Shown piece after piece: positions 16,539 to 26,146 of a stretch of 64,000 bases of DNA. The stretch spans positions 16,937 through 80,936 of the forward strand of contig DAOUJN010000039.1 in the NCBI GenBank assembly GCA_034422655.1, in the 5' to 3' direction. The notes beneath the pieces were generated by a model. It worked only from the letters and a program-made list of their open reading frames with translations, was not told the origin of the DNA and did not search any database. The stretch's first letter is position 1, and every line of letters begins with the position of its first letter. The position numbers and the translations under genes are program-made. The stretch is from Dehalococcoidia bacterium. Its GTDB lineage: Bacteria; Chloroflexota; Dehalococcoidia; Lucifugimonadales; UBA3495.

Positions 16539-18956
16539 ATGGACAATAGGGAACTCTGCTGGAAACTTCTTCGTGCGGATAGCGAGGAAGAAGTTCAAAA
16601 GACCTTGAGGGACGTCGGATATTGGAATGATTCATTTGTCTGGCGTCCCTATGGGGACCTAGAGAACAATTACGGCACGATAGGGAACCAGCAAGGGGAA
16701 GCGGTTGCGGCCCTGGTTGAAAAAATTGTCAATTCCATAGATGCCAGGCTGATGAATGAATGCTTGGCTCGTGGTGAATCCCCTGAGTCTTCCGACGCTC
16801 CCCAATCAATCCACGAGGCCGTTTACCGATACTTCGGAGAAGGTGGTACCTTTGATCCGGATAGAAGTGGCCGTCTTTCCAACTGGCCCGACAGGAAGCT
16901 CAACGATGAAGGCGACTACATAACCATCACTGCAACGGGCCGCCGTCCTGAGTCCCGGAGAAGTACCGCTGCCCACCCGAGCTTGACCATTGCCGATCGT
17001 GGTGAGGGACAAACTCCCGACGATTTTCCTAACACTTTCTTGTCGCTCCATAGGAGCAACAAGGTTAGAATCAACTTTGTTCAAGGTAAATTCAACATGG
17101 GTGCGACCGGCGCCCTCCCCTATTGCAGCGAGCGCAACAATTTCCAACTGATTGTCTCTAAAAGAAACTCTGCCATTCTGAAGGGCGACGAATCTTGCCG
17201 GGCTTCAGAGTGGGGCTTTACCATGGTTCGACGAAAAGATCCCTCGTCAGACTCCCGCAGCTCTGTTTTCGAGTACTTGGCGCCCGTAGGGGCCACGGAT
17301 TCTAAGCGTGGGCAGGTACTCTCCTTTCCCGCAAACGACTTCCCTATTTTCCCTGACCGGCAGGGTCAACCTTATTCCCGAGGGTCTTCTTTCGGTACCT
17401 TGATCAAGCTGTATGAGTACCGCTGGCAGGGAACTTCTTCCAGCATCATTATGCCTGGGGATGGTAATGGCCTGATTCGCCGCATTGAACTGGCATTGGC
17501 TGAGCCTGCGCTTCCGGTGAAGCTGTACGAATGTCGAAACTATCAAGGTAATGAAGTGTTTAGGAGCGTCAGGGGGATACTCACTGACTTGGAGAGAAAC
17601 AGAGATGACATAGAAGAAGGCTTTCCGCAAAGCATGGATTTGTCAGTGGCTCAACAGAGGCTCAAAGCTACAATATATGCCTTCAAGCCGGGCGCATACC
17701 GTAGCCACAGAACGAACAGGCATGGTGTTTTATTCCTCTATAACGGCCAAATGCACGCTTCGTACACAACCAGGTTCTTCCAAAGACAAAGCGTAAGGAA
17801 GAGCTACCTTGCCAACGACTTGCTGGTTTTGGTGGACTGCAGCAACATCCAGCGGCGAGAATTTGAAGACTTGTTCATGAATAGCCGGGACCGTTTGAGA
17901 AGCGATTCCAAGCTCTCTGTGGAGATGGAGAAGAAATTGGAAGACTTTCTGCTCCACGACGAAACGCTTCGATCTCTGGAAAAACAGAGACATGATGCTG
18001 CAATTGTGGGCAAGGAGGATGAGGCCAGTAGAGAAGAACTACTAAAGGAAATTTTGGCTAGCAATCCTGAAATTTCTAGGTATCTCCTGGAAGGCGCTCT
18101 GCTCACTAGGGTTGGAAGAGGACCCCGCAATAATCACAAAGGCCAATTTGAGGGGAGGCAATTCCCCAGTTTCTTCGAGCCCAACCGCCTGGAATGGAAT
18201 GTTGGACTCGGTAAGAAAGCTCAATTGCAGTTCCAGACCGACGCCGAAAATAGCTATTTTACTCGCAGCGTCTCGCCAGGAAGCTGGTCAATAACAGCTT
18301 CTGACTCAGGCGACTGGACCAACTTCTGGGATCGTACAGGGCCCAAAGATGGAACAGCGAGATTCTATTGGGATACATCTGCCTTGCCGCCTGGATTATT
18401 GAAACCGGGAGCCAGCTTCGAATTTACTTTAGCAGTACGTGACGAATCTAGAGTTGATCCCCTTCAGAGTTCAATAAAGGTAAATATAACCGAACCAATT
18501 GACGGCAACGGCGGGGGCCAAAGAAATAAAACGGAAAAGGGAACGGAAGCGGTAGCTTCTCCAAACATAATTCCTGTTTACGAAGCCGAGTGGTTAACAC
18601 ATCCTTTAGGTTCGTTCAGCAGCGAAACAGCGTGTCGTATATCCACAGACCCTTCTGCCACTGTGGAACGAGAGGCCTGGGACTTCTATGTAAACGTGGA
18701 CAATGAACATATCCATCATTATTCGCGGACCAAGAATTGCCCCTTGGAGGCGGCTAGGAACGCATTCACAACCGCCGTGGTATTCATGGCTCTGGCACTG
18801 ATTCGTGGTGCGTCGCTTGGGGCATCATCAGACGGAGAAAGCGTGAATCATTCAGATGATTTGCCCGGCTATGTGTCTCAGGTTACCCAGTTTGTTGGTC
18901 CCGTCCTTTTGCCGGTTATTGACAACCTCGGTCTGCTAGGTACAGACTATCAATAG
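16539..18956 (+). CDS. GHKL/Bergerat-fold ATPase domain protein, 805 aa (MORC/HATPase_c_3-like N-terminus, unknown C-terminal two thirds)
   Basis: N-box EKIVNSIDA (aa 61-69), G1 DRGEG (aa 153-157) and G2 GKFNMGATG (aa 183-191). It is a single long ORF in a clearly AT-richer segment. Confidence 0.75.
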   Translation: MDNRELCWKLLRADSEEEVQKTLRDVGYWNDSFVWRPYGDLENNYGTIGNQQGEAVAALVEKIVNSIDARLMNECLARGESPESSDAPQSIHEAVYRYFGEGGTFDPDRSGRLSNWPDRKLNDEGDYITITATGRRPESRRSTAAHPSLTIADRGEGQTPDDFPNTFLSLHRSNKVRINFVQGKFNMGATGALPYCSERNNFQLIVSKRNSAILKGDESCRASEWGFTMVRRKDPSSDSRSSVFEYLAPVGATDSKRGQVLSFPANDFPIFPDRQGQPYSRGSSFGTLIKLYEYRWQGTSSSIIMPGDGNGLIRRIELALAEPALPVKLYECRNYQGNEVFRSVRGILTDLERNRDDIEEGFPQSMDLSVAQQRLKATIYAFKPGAYRSHRTNRHGVLFLYNGQMHASYTTRFFQRQSVRKSYLANDLLVLVDCSNIQRREFEDLFMNSRDRLRSDSKLSVEMEKKLEDFLLHDETLRSLEKQRHDAAIVGKEDEASREELLKEILASNPEISRYLLEGALLTRVGRGPRNNHKGQFEGRQFPSFFEPNRLEWNVGLGKKAQLQFQTDAENSYFTRSVSPGSWSITASDSGDWTNFWDRTGPKDGTARFYWDTSALPPGLLKPGASFEFTLAVRDESRVDPLQSSIKVNITEPIDGNGGGQRNKTEKGTEAVASPNIIPVYEAEWLTHPLGSFSSETACRISTDPSATVEREAWDFYVNVDNEHIHHYSRTKNCPLEAARNAFTTAVVFMALALIRGASLGASSDGESVNHSDDLPGYVSQVTQFVGPVLLPVIDNLGLLGTDYQ

Positions 18957-19026
18957 CAGTGGCCTACTAGCCCTTGAACCTATACCCTCCTCTTTGCCCT
19001 TCTTTCTGCCCGAGGTTCTTCCATCC

Positions 19027-20637
19027 ATGTCCGCCAACGCCATCTGGATTCTCTGTGTTTTCATTGCCTACTTTGTGGTCCTCATTGGCATTGCCATAGT
19101 CCGCTCCCGGCACATGGACGATATGTCCGACTACGTGCTGGGCGGCCGCAAGATGGGCTACGTTACCTCTGCCCTCAGCGCCGCCTCTTCGGCCACCAGC
19201 GGCTGGACGATGCTGGTTCTGCCGGCCCTGGCCTTTGCCGCCGGGATGATGCACCTGTGGACTGTCGCCAGCATTATCCTCGGCCACTGGTTTGCCTGGA
19301 CCATCCTGGCCCGGCGGATCCGCCGCTATAGCCTGGCAGCGGAAAACTCGTTGACCCTTCCCGAGTTCCTGGAGAATCGCTTCGGCGATACCAGCGGCCT
19401 GCTGCGCACCCTGTCGGGAGTGATAGGGATTTACTTCATCACCCTGTACGTCTGTTCCGGCCTTATCGCCGGGGCCAAGCTGCTGGAGGTCGTCTTCGGA
19501 TTAGACCAGATGGGAAATGGCCATAATATCGGCGTACTGGTCTCCCTGGTTGCCGTCGTGTCCTACACCTTCATCGGCGGCTTCCTGGCCGTGTCCCGCA
19601 CCGACGTTTTCCAGTCCCTGATTATGCTGGCCGGTTTCACCATCATTCCGGTTACCTTGATTCTCACCGTGAACAATCCCTTCCAGGGCCTGGAAACCAC
19701 CGCGCCCGGCTTCTGGAATCCCTTCACCGACCAGGACGATACCCAGCTGGGCTTCCTGTTCTTCATCTCGTCCCTCGGCTGGGGACTGGGCGCCTTTGGG
19801 GCGCACCGCATAATATCCCGCTTCATGGCCGTCCAGCGGGAAGGCGACATCCAGCGCAGCCGCAACGTGGGCTCAGTGTGGGTGGTGCTGGTCTTTCTCT
19901 TCGCCCTGCTCATGGGCCTGGTGGCGGCCCCGGCCCTGCTGGACCGCGGCATAATGCTGCCCGACGCGGAGAAGCTCTACCTGGTGGTAGCCGATACCTT
20001 CTTCCACCCCATAATCGCCGGCCTCCTTCTCACTGCGGTCATCGCCGCCGTCATGAGCACCGCCGACTCCCAGTTGCTGCTGGCTTCAGCCATAGCCACC
20101 GACGACCTGCCCATGATCAAGCGAATCACCTACTCCATGCGCACCCAGTCCCGGGTCTGGATGGGCCGCGGCATGCTGCTGCTGGTAGGCATCATTGCGG
20201 CGGTCATATCCATAGTCTCTCCCGAGTCGGTTTTCGCCCTGGTCTCCCTGGCATGGGGAGGTATGGGCGCCGCCTTTGGACCCGCCCTGATTCTTGGGCT
20301 CTACTGGCGCCGCTTCAATCGCTGGGGGGCGTTGGCCGCCGTGGCCGCCGGGTCAATAGTCTCCACCTGGTGGTGGCTGGCCGGCCTGAGCTACGAGAAG
20401 TACACTACCGTGGCCGACCTGCTGGGCTTCAGGGCCACCGTGGACCAGATGGAGGCGCTGGGGGTCTGGCAGATAAACCCCGGTGTGCCCGGCTTCGTCG
20501 CCGCCGTGATTTGCGCCGTTGCCGCCACGTTATTGACGGCGCCGCCGCCGGAAGAAGTTACCGAGCTATACGACCGGGTGAACGGTCCCAATTGGGTGGA
20601 GGAAGATCAGGCCGCCAGCCAGCCCCGGCCAGCCTAG
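19027..20637 (+). CDS. sodium:solute symporter family transporter (PutP-like)
   Basis: Polytopic protein with an SSS-type N-terminus ([10 protein letters not shown]...[11 protein letters not shown]). Start chosen at MSANAI; the track ORF starts at 18994. Confidence 0.85.
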   Translation: MSANAIWILCVFIAYFVVLIGIAIVRSRHMDDMSDYVLGGRKMGYVTSALSAASSATSGWTMLVLPALAFAAGMMHLWTVASIILGHWFAWTILARRIRRYSLAAENSLTLPEFLENRFGDTSGLLRTLSGVIGIYFITLYVCSGLIAGAKLLEVVFGLDQMGNGHNIGVLVSLVAVVSYTFIGGFLAVSRTDVFQSLIMLAGFTIIPVTLILTVNNPFQGLETTAPGFWNPFTDQDDTQLGFLFFISSLGWGLGAFGAHRIISRFMAVQREGDIQRSRNVGSVWVVLVFLFALLMGLVAAPALLDRGIMLPDAEKLYLVVADTFFHPIIAGLLLTAVIAAVMSTADSQLLLASAIATDDLPMIKRITYSMRTQSRVWMGRGMLLLVGIIAAVISIVSPESVFALVSLAWGGMGAAFGPALILGLYWRRFNRWGALAAVAAGSIVSTWWWLAGLSYEKYTTVADLLGFRATVDQMEALGVWQINPGVPGFVAAVICAVAATLLTAPPPEEVTELYDRVNGPNWVEEDQAASQPRPA

Positions 20638-21965
20638 CCCCGTTGGCGTGTCCCCGAATGCCGGTTGGCCGGAATGGGCAGCCCCAGGTTCCCGTGCAGC
20701 GTGTCGGCTTCGTACTCGGTGCGGAAGATACCCCGCTCCTTCAGGAGGGGGACCACCATCTCCAGGAAGTCGGTGAACCCCACCGGCAGCACCGAGTTGT
20801 TCACCATGAACCCGTCGGCGGCCCCGCCCTCGAGCCATGCCTGCATGGTATCCGCCACCTGTGTCGCCGTGCCGATGAACCTGTGCTTGGGGGTGGTGGC
20901 CCGTAACGCCACCTGGCGCAGGGTTAAATTCTCCTCCCGTGCCGTCTGCTTTATGCGGTCGGTGGCGCTTTCCCACCCGTTGCGCCCGTAGTCCCCCAGG
21001 TCGGGGAAGGGTTCGTCCAGCTCAAACTGGGTAAAGTCCAAGTCGTCGAAGTACCGGCCCAGGTAATTCAGCGCGTCCCCGATGCTCACCAGGTCCACTA
21101 TCTCCCGGTACTTCCGGTCCGCTTCCGTCTCCGTATGCCCCACGATGGGCGCGCAACCGGGCAGTATCAGCACTTCCTCCGCTTTCCGCCCGAACTCCGC
21201 GGCTCTCCCCTTAACGTCGTCATAAAAGTCCCGGGCCGCCTCCAGGCTGGGCTGTCCCGTGAAAATAACGTCGGCGTGGCGGGCGGCAAAACTGCGGCCG
21301 GCTTCCGACGAACCCGCCTGGATGAGCACCGGTCTCCCCTGCCTTGAACGCCCAATGTTCAGCGGCCCCTGTACCGAGTAGAACCGGCCCGTGTGGTTGA
21401 CGCGGTGCATCTTCTCCGGCTCGAAGAACACCCCCTCCTCCTTGTCGAACACGAAAGCGTCGTCTTCCCATGAGTCCCACAGGCCCTTGGTCACCTCCAG
21501 GAACTCGTGGGCCATCTCGTAGCGCAGGTCGTGGGCGGGATGCTCCGGCTTGCTGTAGTTAAGGGCCGAACCCTCCAGCGGCGAGGTGACGATATTCCAG
21601 CCGGCCCGCCCGCCGCTGATGTGGTCGATGGACATGAACTGCCGCGCCACGGTGAAGGGCTCGCTGTAGGTCGTGGACAGGGTGGCCGCCACCCCAATGT
21701 GCGTCGTGTCCATGGCCAGCGCGGCCAGCAGGGTCAGGGGCTCGAACCGGTTCAGGAATATGGGGTGCGACTTCTCGCTGATATACAGCCCGTCGCCGAA
21801 GAAGACGAAGTCCAGCTTGGCCTCCTCCGCCCTGCGGGTCAGGTCCCGGTAATACTCCAGGTTTATCGGCCCGTCCGGCACGGCCTGCGGGTGCCGCCAG
21901 GACGCCATGTTGCTGCCCGTCCCCGAGAAAAAGGCCCCCAGCCGCAGCTTGCGCTCCCTTGTCAT
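20634..21965 (-). CDS. LLM-class flavin-dependent monooxygenase, NtaA/SnaA/DszA family
   Basis: [20 protein letters not shown]..., with family-typical length and motifs. ATG at 21965 overlaps the TGA of the upstream LLM gene (ATGA). Confidence 0.9.
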   Translation of the reverse strand: MTRERKLRLGAFFSGTGSNMASWRHPQAVPDGPINLEYYRDLTRRAEEAKLDFVFFGDGLYISEKSHPIFLNRFEPLTLLAALAMDTTHIGVAATLSTTYSEPFTVARQFMSIDHISGGRAGWNIVTSPLEGSALNYSKPEHPAHDLRYEMAHEFLEVTKGLWDSWEDDAFVFDKEEGVFFEPEKMHRVNHTGRFYSVQGPLNIGRSRQGRPVLIQAGSSEAGRSFAARHADVIFTGQPSLEAARDFYDDVKGRAAEFGRKAEEVLILPGCAPIVGHTETEADRKYREIVDLVSIGDALNYLGRYFDDLDFTQFELDEPFPDLGDYGRNGWESATDRIKQTAREENLTLRQVALRATTPKHRFIGTATQVADTMQAWLEGGAADGFMVNNSVLPVGFTDFLEMVVPLLKERGIFRTEYEADTLHGNLGLPIPANRHSGTRQRG

Positions 21966-23014
21966 CTCCGGTCCTCCCCCGCAGTGTTTCCCCCTTTGCA
22001 CATCATCGCTTCGGCAAGCAGCCTGTACGAATTGAGGCGGCTGGGGAAATGGTCTATGGCGGTAACGATGAACACCTCGTCCACGCCATACTCCCGCCCC
22101 ATCGCCAGCAGCCTCTCTCTCACCCGCCCCGGCGAACCGAAAATCACGTTGGCCGGCTGGACTTCGTAGCTGAATTCCTCCCCCGATTGCCGGCCGAATT
22201 CCTTCGCTGCCTCCTCGGAAAAGACGGTGAAGCTGCGCCCGCTGGCCAGCCGGATTCTCACCACGCGGATCGCCCGCGCGTAACCCTCCGCCTCCCCGTC
22301 CGTTTCCGCGACTATTACCGGCAGCGCCAGCATCGCCTGGGGCCGGTGGTTGGGAACGCCGGAGGAGAGGTCGTGGTAAGTATCTATGGCCCGCCGCATC
22401 TCCCCCTCGTCGCCGTTCAGGAACATGGCGAAGACGTAGGGCAGGCCGTGGGCTGCCGCCATCTCCCCGCTGGCGGCGGTGGTGCCCAGCAGGAACAGGT
22501 CCGCCGGCTGGGGCGGCAGCGGGGATGCGGTCACTCCGTTGCCGCCGCTGCTGTCGGCTGTGCGTCCCGCCAGGAATCGTCTCAGTTCGACCAGCTTGTC
22601 TTCCAGGGATATGGCCGCCGACCCATTTACCGGCTGGGGCCGCAGCGCCTGGGTCGTGCGGGGCATTCCTCCCGGGCCTCGCCCAATGCCCAGGTCAACC
22701 CTCCCCGGCGCCAGCGACGCCAGCACGTTGAAGTTCTCGGCCACCTTGTAGGGACTGTAGTGTTGCAGCATGACGCCGCCGGAACCAACGCGGATGCGGT
22801 CCGTTCGGGCCAGCAGGTGGGAGACCAGTACCTCCGGGGACGACCCCATGATCCGGTTCGAGCCGTGATGCTCGGCAACCCAGAACCGATTGTAACCCCA
22901 CCGTTCGGCTCGCTGCGCCAGTTCGATGGTGTGCTGCAGTGCCAGCGTGGCCGGTTCCCCTTCGGCCGCGGGGCTCTGGTCCAGAACGCTCAATTTCAGC
23001 ACTGTTTCTGCCAT
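21962..23014 (-). CDS. LLM-class flavin-dependent oxidoreductase (luciferase-like)
   Basis: LSVLDQSP...[20 protein letters not shown] is typical of luciferase-like monooxygenases. Confidence 0.9.
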   Translation of the reverse strand: MAETVLKLSVLDQSPAAEGEPATLALQHTIELAQRAERWGYNRFWVAEHHGSNRIMGSSPEVLVSHLLARTDRIRVGSGGVMLQHYSPYKVAENFNVLASLAPGRVDLGIGRGPGGMPRTTQALRPQPVNGSAAISLEDKLVELRRFLAGRTADSSGGNGVTASPLPPQPADLFLLGTTAASGEMAAAHGLPYVFAMFLNGDEGEMRRAIDTYHDLSSGVPNHRPQAMLALPVIVAETDGEAEGYARAIRVVRIRLASGRSFTVFSEEAAKEFGRQSGEEFSYEVQPANVIFGSPGRVRERLLAMGREYGVDEVFIVTAIDHFPSRLNSYRLLAEAMMCKGGNTAGEDRR

Positions 23015-23035
23015 GATGCGGCGCTAATAATTCAA

Positions 23036-23092
23036 CAGCATTGCAATGATGTGCTGGGGTTTAACCGTCATTCCGGCGAAAGCCGGAATGAC
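23036..23092. repeat. dispersed repeat copy (CAGCATTGCAA...GTCATTCCGGCGAAAGCCGGAATGAC)
   Basis: Near-identical to 9856-9909. The hairpin core is complete here. Confidence 0.8.
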
Positions 23093-23244
23093 GATAGAGG
23101 CTTAATGGTCTTCATTTCAAGTCTGTTGGACTGTTCGTTGTTCCCGCCGGTGGCCGGATTACCCACGGTGGTGGGGCCGCTTTTCAGTTTGGCCGAATTC
23201 TAACACAGGCGGCGCGGGAGGAAATGGGATAAGTATCCCGTCCC

Positions 23245-23589
23245 TCAGGCCGGAGGGTTCCGCTCCCCGCTGCGGCCCCGGGCCAGGAAGCCCATTTCGT
23301 GTACGTGGTCCGCCATTTCCACCGCCTGCGTGGAGCCTTCGCCCCGCAGTCTCAAGGTCATGACGTGTGCCGTGTTATACACCGACATCGGGTACGCCAG
23401 CATGAACGCCCTGGCCCCGCTTATCCCCATCATGGCCTCGTATGGTTCGCGGAACACCGATATCATAAACCGCTCGTATTCCTGCCGGTTTCTCACCTGC
23501 CCAACGGGATACCTGTGTTCCACCGTCAAACCGTTGGTCAAAACCACGGTCATAACTACCACGTCAACGGGTTGGCGTTCAATGGTCAT
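23245..23589 (-). CDS. hypothetical protein
   Basis: Start set at MTIERQ. The upstream part of the track ORF (to 23709) reads through a known-type intergenic repeat (VSLSNHERVLRQAQDER). No family recognised. Confidence 0.4.
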   Translation of the reverse strand: MTIERQPVDVVVMTVVLTNGLTVEHRYPVGQVRNRQEYERFMISVFREPYEAMMGISGARAFMLAYPMSVYNTAHVMTLRLRGEGSTQAVEMADHVHEMGFLARGRSGERNPPA

Positions 23590-23816
23590 TTCGCGACTCC
23601 CCTGTTCATCCTGCACCGACCAGGGCCTTTCCAAAGTTGTGCGATTGAAGTCCATCCGCTCGTCCTGGGCCTGTCGAAGGACGCGCTCGTGGTTCGACAG
23701 GCTCACCATGAGCGGGATGTGTGGCGCTCCGGAAAGGCACTGGGACCCGTCAATTACGCTTTGGTGAAGCCGTCGAGCGGTCGGATAGGCATGGTGGCGC
23801 GGCTTGGGAATGGTGG

Positions 23817-24089
23817 CTATTCCTCTGCCTCTGCCACTCGCGCCGGTTCGTTGATCGTCGTCGCCGAGCGGCTGCCCCGCGTGTTGGCCCAGTAGGCGAC
23901 TACGATCAGCGCCGGCATAGCGAGGATGATTATCCCGATGATGATGACCACCGTGAGCTCGGTGAACCCCAGTGTGCCCAGCAGAATGTGGCTCAGGGCG
24001 GTCATTATCCAGTCCAACAGCGTGGGGTCGGCCTCTCCGTGATGGAGGCCAACGGACAGGAGAACCACGCTCAAAAACGCGCCCATCAT
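23817..24089 (-). CDS. small membrane protein (two hydrophobic segments)
   Basis: 90-aa ORF with strong GC3 bias. The competing plus-strand ORF is an antisense artefact. No family recognised. Confidence 0.4.
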   Translation of the reverse strand: MMGAFLSVVLLSVGLHHGEADPTLLDWIMTALSHILLGTLGFTELTVVIIIGIIILAMPALIVVAYWANTRGSRSATTINEPARVAEAEE

Positions 24090-24171
24090 CTTTGCCTTTT
24101 GCCGTTAACGCTCATATTGCGGAACGAGCGGTTCCAGAGGGGCCGGCTGGGCCATGAAACTTTGCTCTCTA

Positions 24172-24200
24172 GCAGGGGCAGGTTTCAAACCTGCCCCTAC
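24172..24200. repeat. REP-like hairpin variant (AGGGGCAGGTTTCAAACCTGCCCCT)
   Basis: Lies immediately downstream of the MFS stop codon. Same architecture as 52386-52414 and 60650-60678. Confidence 0.7.
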
Positions 24201-24218
24201 CTGTCCAATTCTCTGGGC

Positions 24219-25691
24219 TTAGTACGCCCGCGTTCCGCCTCCGGCGCCCGCGCCGGCCGTGGCCAATTGCGGCGCCGGAGCGGTGTTGTACCGTCCCGAA
24301 TAGTGGTACTCGTTGATGCTGAAGGCCATGATGGTCGCCGGAATCAGCGTCAAGCCCGCGATCAGGAACGGCCAGAAATAGCTCTCGTTGAACCAGACGT
24401 AGGCGTATCCGGCGAACTGGATGCTGAAGAACGACCCGATCTGGTGCGCGAAGAACACCCATCCGCTGATCGTCCCCAATGCCCGGAACCCGTACACGTC
24501 CGCGGTCAGCGTGGATGTCAGCGGCACGCTGGCGACCCAGGACATTCCCGACAGCAGCGCGAACATGATCAGCCCCAGCATCCCGTGCCCGAACAGCGGC
24601 AGGAACACCAGGCACATGAACGCCACCCCGCGCGTCGCGTACACCGCCGCCAGCACGTTCTTGCGCCGCATGCGGTCTCCCAGGAACCCGGTGATGATGA
24701 CGCCGGCTGCGTTCAGGCCGGTCATCACGCCGAACACCAGCCCCGCAAAAACTTTTTCGTCCCAAACGCCGCCCAGGAAGTTCACCTGCGCCGGCAGCAC
24801 GTCCTCTGCGTATGGAATGAAGTGGATGCTCAACAGCCCGGTGGTGATGCCGCACACCACGTAGGCGCCGGAGAGTTGCCACATCGGCGCCGTCTTGAAG
24901 CACTTGCGCCAACTGTCCACCTCGTAGGCTCCCGTGGCCCTCTGCACTGGCGCGCCTCCGCTGTAAACCGGGGGGTCGGGATCGCCGTCCGGGTTCAGAC
25001 CCATCTCCGCCGGGCTCGGCCGGAGGAAGAACACCGCCAGTGGCGCGGCTGCGAATACCACAACCATGCCCAGCAGGAACCACACTGTCCGCCAGCCCGC
25101 CAGCGCGGTGTCGCCCCACATGATGCCCGACGAGTCAATCACGCCCATCAGGTACGCCGCGAACGGGATGGTCAAAAGGCCGCCGATGGACGTTCCGCAG
25201 GCCGCGAGAGCCGTGGCCTTGCTGCGCTTGCGCCGGAACCACCGCACCACCAGCGCCAGCATGTTGGTGATCGACGCCGCGCTCAGGCAGGTGTTCACAA
25301 CGATGGAAAACACTACGATAAACCAGAGCAGGTCCAGCGGTATGTTCACAAATCCCAGGGGAAGAGTGGCCTCAAGATCCTTGATGAACGCCAGGCTCAT
25401 TGTCGCCAGGCCCATGATCACCAGCCCGAAGCCAAACACCGTGCGCGGTCCATACTTGTCGAACAGAGCACCCATGATGGGCTGCATCGCGCCGTTGAGC
25501 AGGAACCCGATGGAACCCACCCACGAGATATCGGCCCGGTTCCAGCCGAACGTCGGCTCCATCTCGGTTACGAACAGGCCGAACCCCTGGCGTCCCGGAA
25601 TGGACAGGAACGCCACGAAGAAGCAGGTTGCGACGATGTACCATCCGAAGTACAGCGACCCGCCCACTTGCGCTGCGGATTTGGTAGTCAT
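24219..25691 (-). CDS. MFS transporter (oxalate/formate antiporter-like)
   Basis: YFGWYIVATCFFVAF N-terminus and a polytopic profile. Paralog of 215-1588. Start set at MTTKSAAQ; the track ORF extends to 25742. Confidence 0.85.
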   Translation of the reverse strand: MTTKSAAQVGGSLYFGWYIVATCFFVAFLSIPGRQGFGLFVTEMEPTFGWNRADISWVGSIGFLLNGAMQPIMGALFDKYGPRTVFGFGLVIMGLATMSLAFIKDLEATLPLGFVNIPLDLLWFIVVFSIVVNTCLSAASITNMLALVVRWFRRKRSKATALAACGTSIGGLLTIPFAAYLMGVIDSSGIMWGDTALAGWRTVWFLLGMVVVFAAAPLAVFFLRPSPAEMGLNPDGDPDPPVYSGGAPVQRATGAYEVDSWRKCFKTAPMWQLSGAYVVCGITTGLLSIHFIPYAEDVLPAQVNFLGGVWDEKVFAGLVFGVMTGLNAAGVIITGFLGDRMRRKNVLAAVYATRGVAFMCLVFLPLFGHGMLGLIMFALLSGMSWVASVPLTSTLTADVYGFRALGTISGWVFFAHQIGSFFSIQFAGYAYVWFNESYFWPFLIAGLTLIPATIMAFSINEYHYSGRYNTAPAPQLATAGAGAGGGTRAY

Positions 25692-25834
25692 AGGCCCCCT
25701 TGTTGCGCCGGTTCCGTGTTCAAATCCCGGCAACCGGCACACGTCTGCAATAATATCAGCCCGCCGCTATCGCCGCCACCGCCGATATATCCTGTAACAG
25801 TCCAGAGTCAGGGGGAACCGGCTGCCCCCAGTCC

Positions 25835-25862
25835 CGTATTTCCGGCGAAAGCGGGAATCCAG
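25835..25862. repeat. degenerate copy of the CCGGCGAAAGC(C/G)GGAATCCAG repeat core
   Basis: CGTATTTCCGGCGAAAGCGGGAATCCAG compared by eye with 9887-9913. Confidence 0.6.
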
Positions 25863-26146
25863 GAAGGCAAATGAACCTGCGCAGTTAACCCATTTAGGGC
25901 TTTTATGCTAAACTACTGGGAACATTCTTATCTATGTGGCAGTTTCTTGTTGAGTACAGCCTCCTTTTCTCCTCCGGCAGTGCTCCAACTCCGAGGGATT
26001 TGGTCCATAGTTCGGGCGTTGCCGCCTGCTCCACAAGTGGCGCATCCCGTTAATCGTTAACGTTCCTGACTGTATCGCGGTGATTGAGCTTCGTTGAAGT
26101 CTTGTAACTTCGGCTGGATTGTAAATTTAGAAGGAAGAAGCTAGCG

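Noticed and set aside
12700-18960. Possibility that the low-GC segments (12.7-13.9 kb, 16.5-19.0 kb, 54.5-56.8 kb) are parts of a prophage, IS or integrative element
   Set aside because: I recognise no integrase, transposase, terminal inverted repeats, tRNA attachment site or phage structural genes in or next to any of them. Only the first has flanking direct repeats, and those derive from a neighbouring gene start.
23685-23700. GGTTCGAC / GGTTCAAC strings (also near 9878) checked as possible tRNA T-arms
   Set aside because: The flanks do not fold into a cloverleaf: there is no acceptor stem and no anticodon arm. Both lie inside recognised dispersed repeats.
23590-23709. N-terminal 40 codons of the track ORF 23245-23709 (MVSLSNHERVLRQAQDER...)
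   Set aside because: This peptide is the read-through of a common GC-rich intergenic repeat type. I moved the start to the internal ATG at 23589. The real start remains uncertain.
23721-25874. 717-aa plus-strand ORF, the longest ORF in this region
   Set aside because: It runs antisense to the well-supported MFS transporter gene (24219-25691). It is extremely Arg/His/Pro/Gln-rich with no recognisable domain. This is a typical high-GC shadow ORF.
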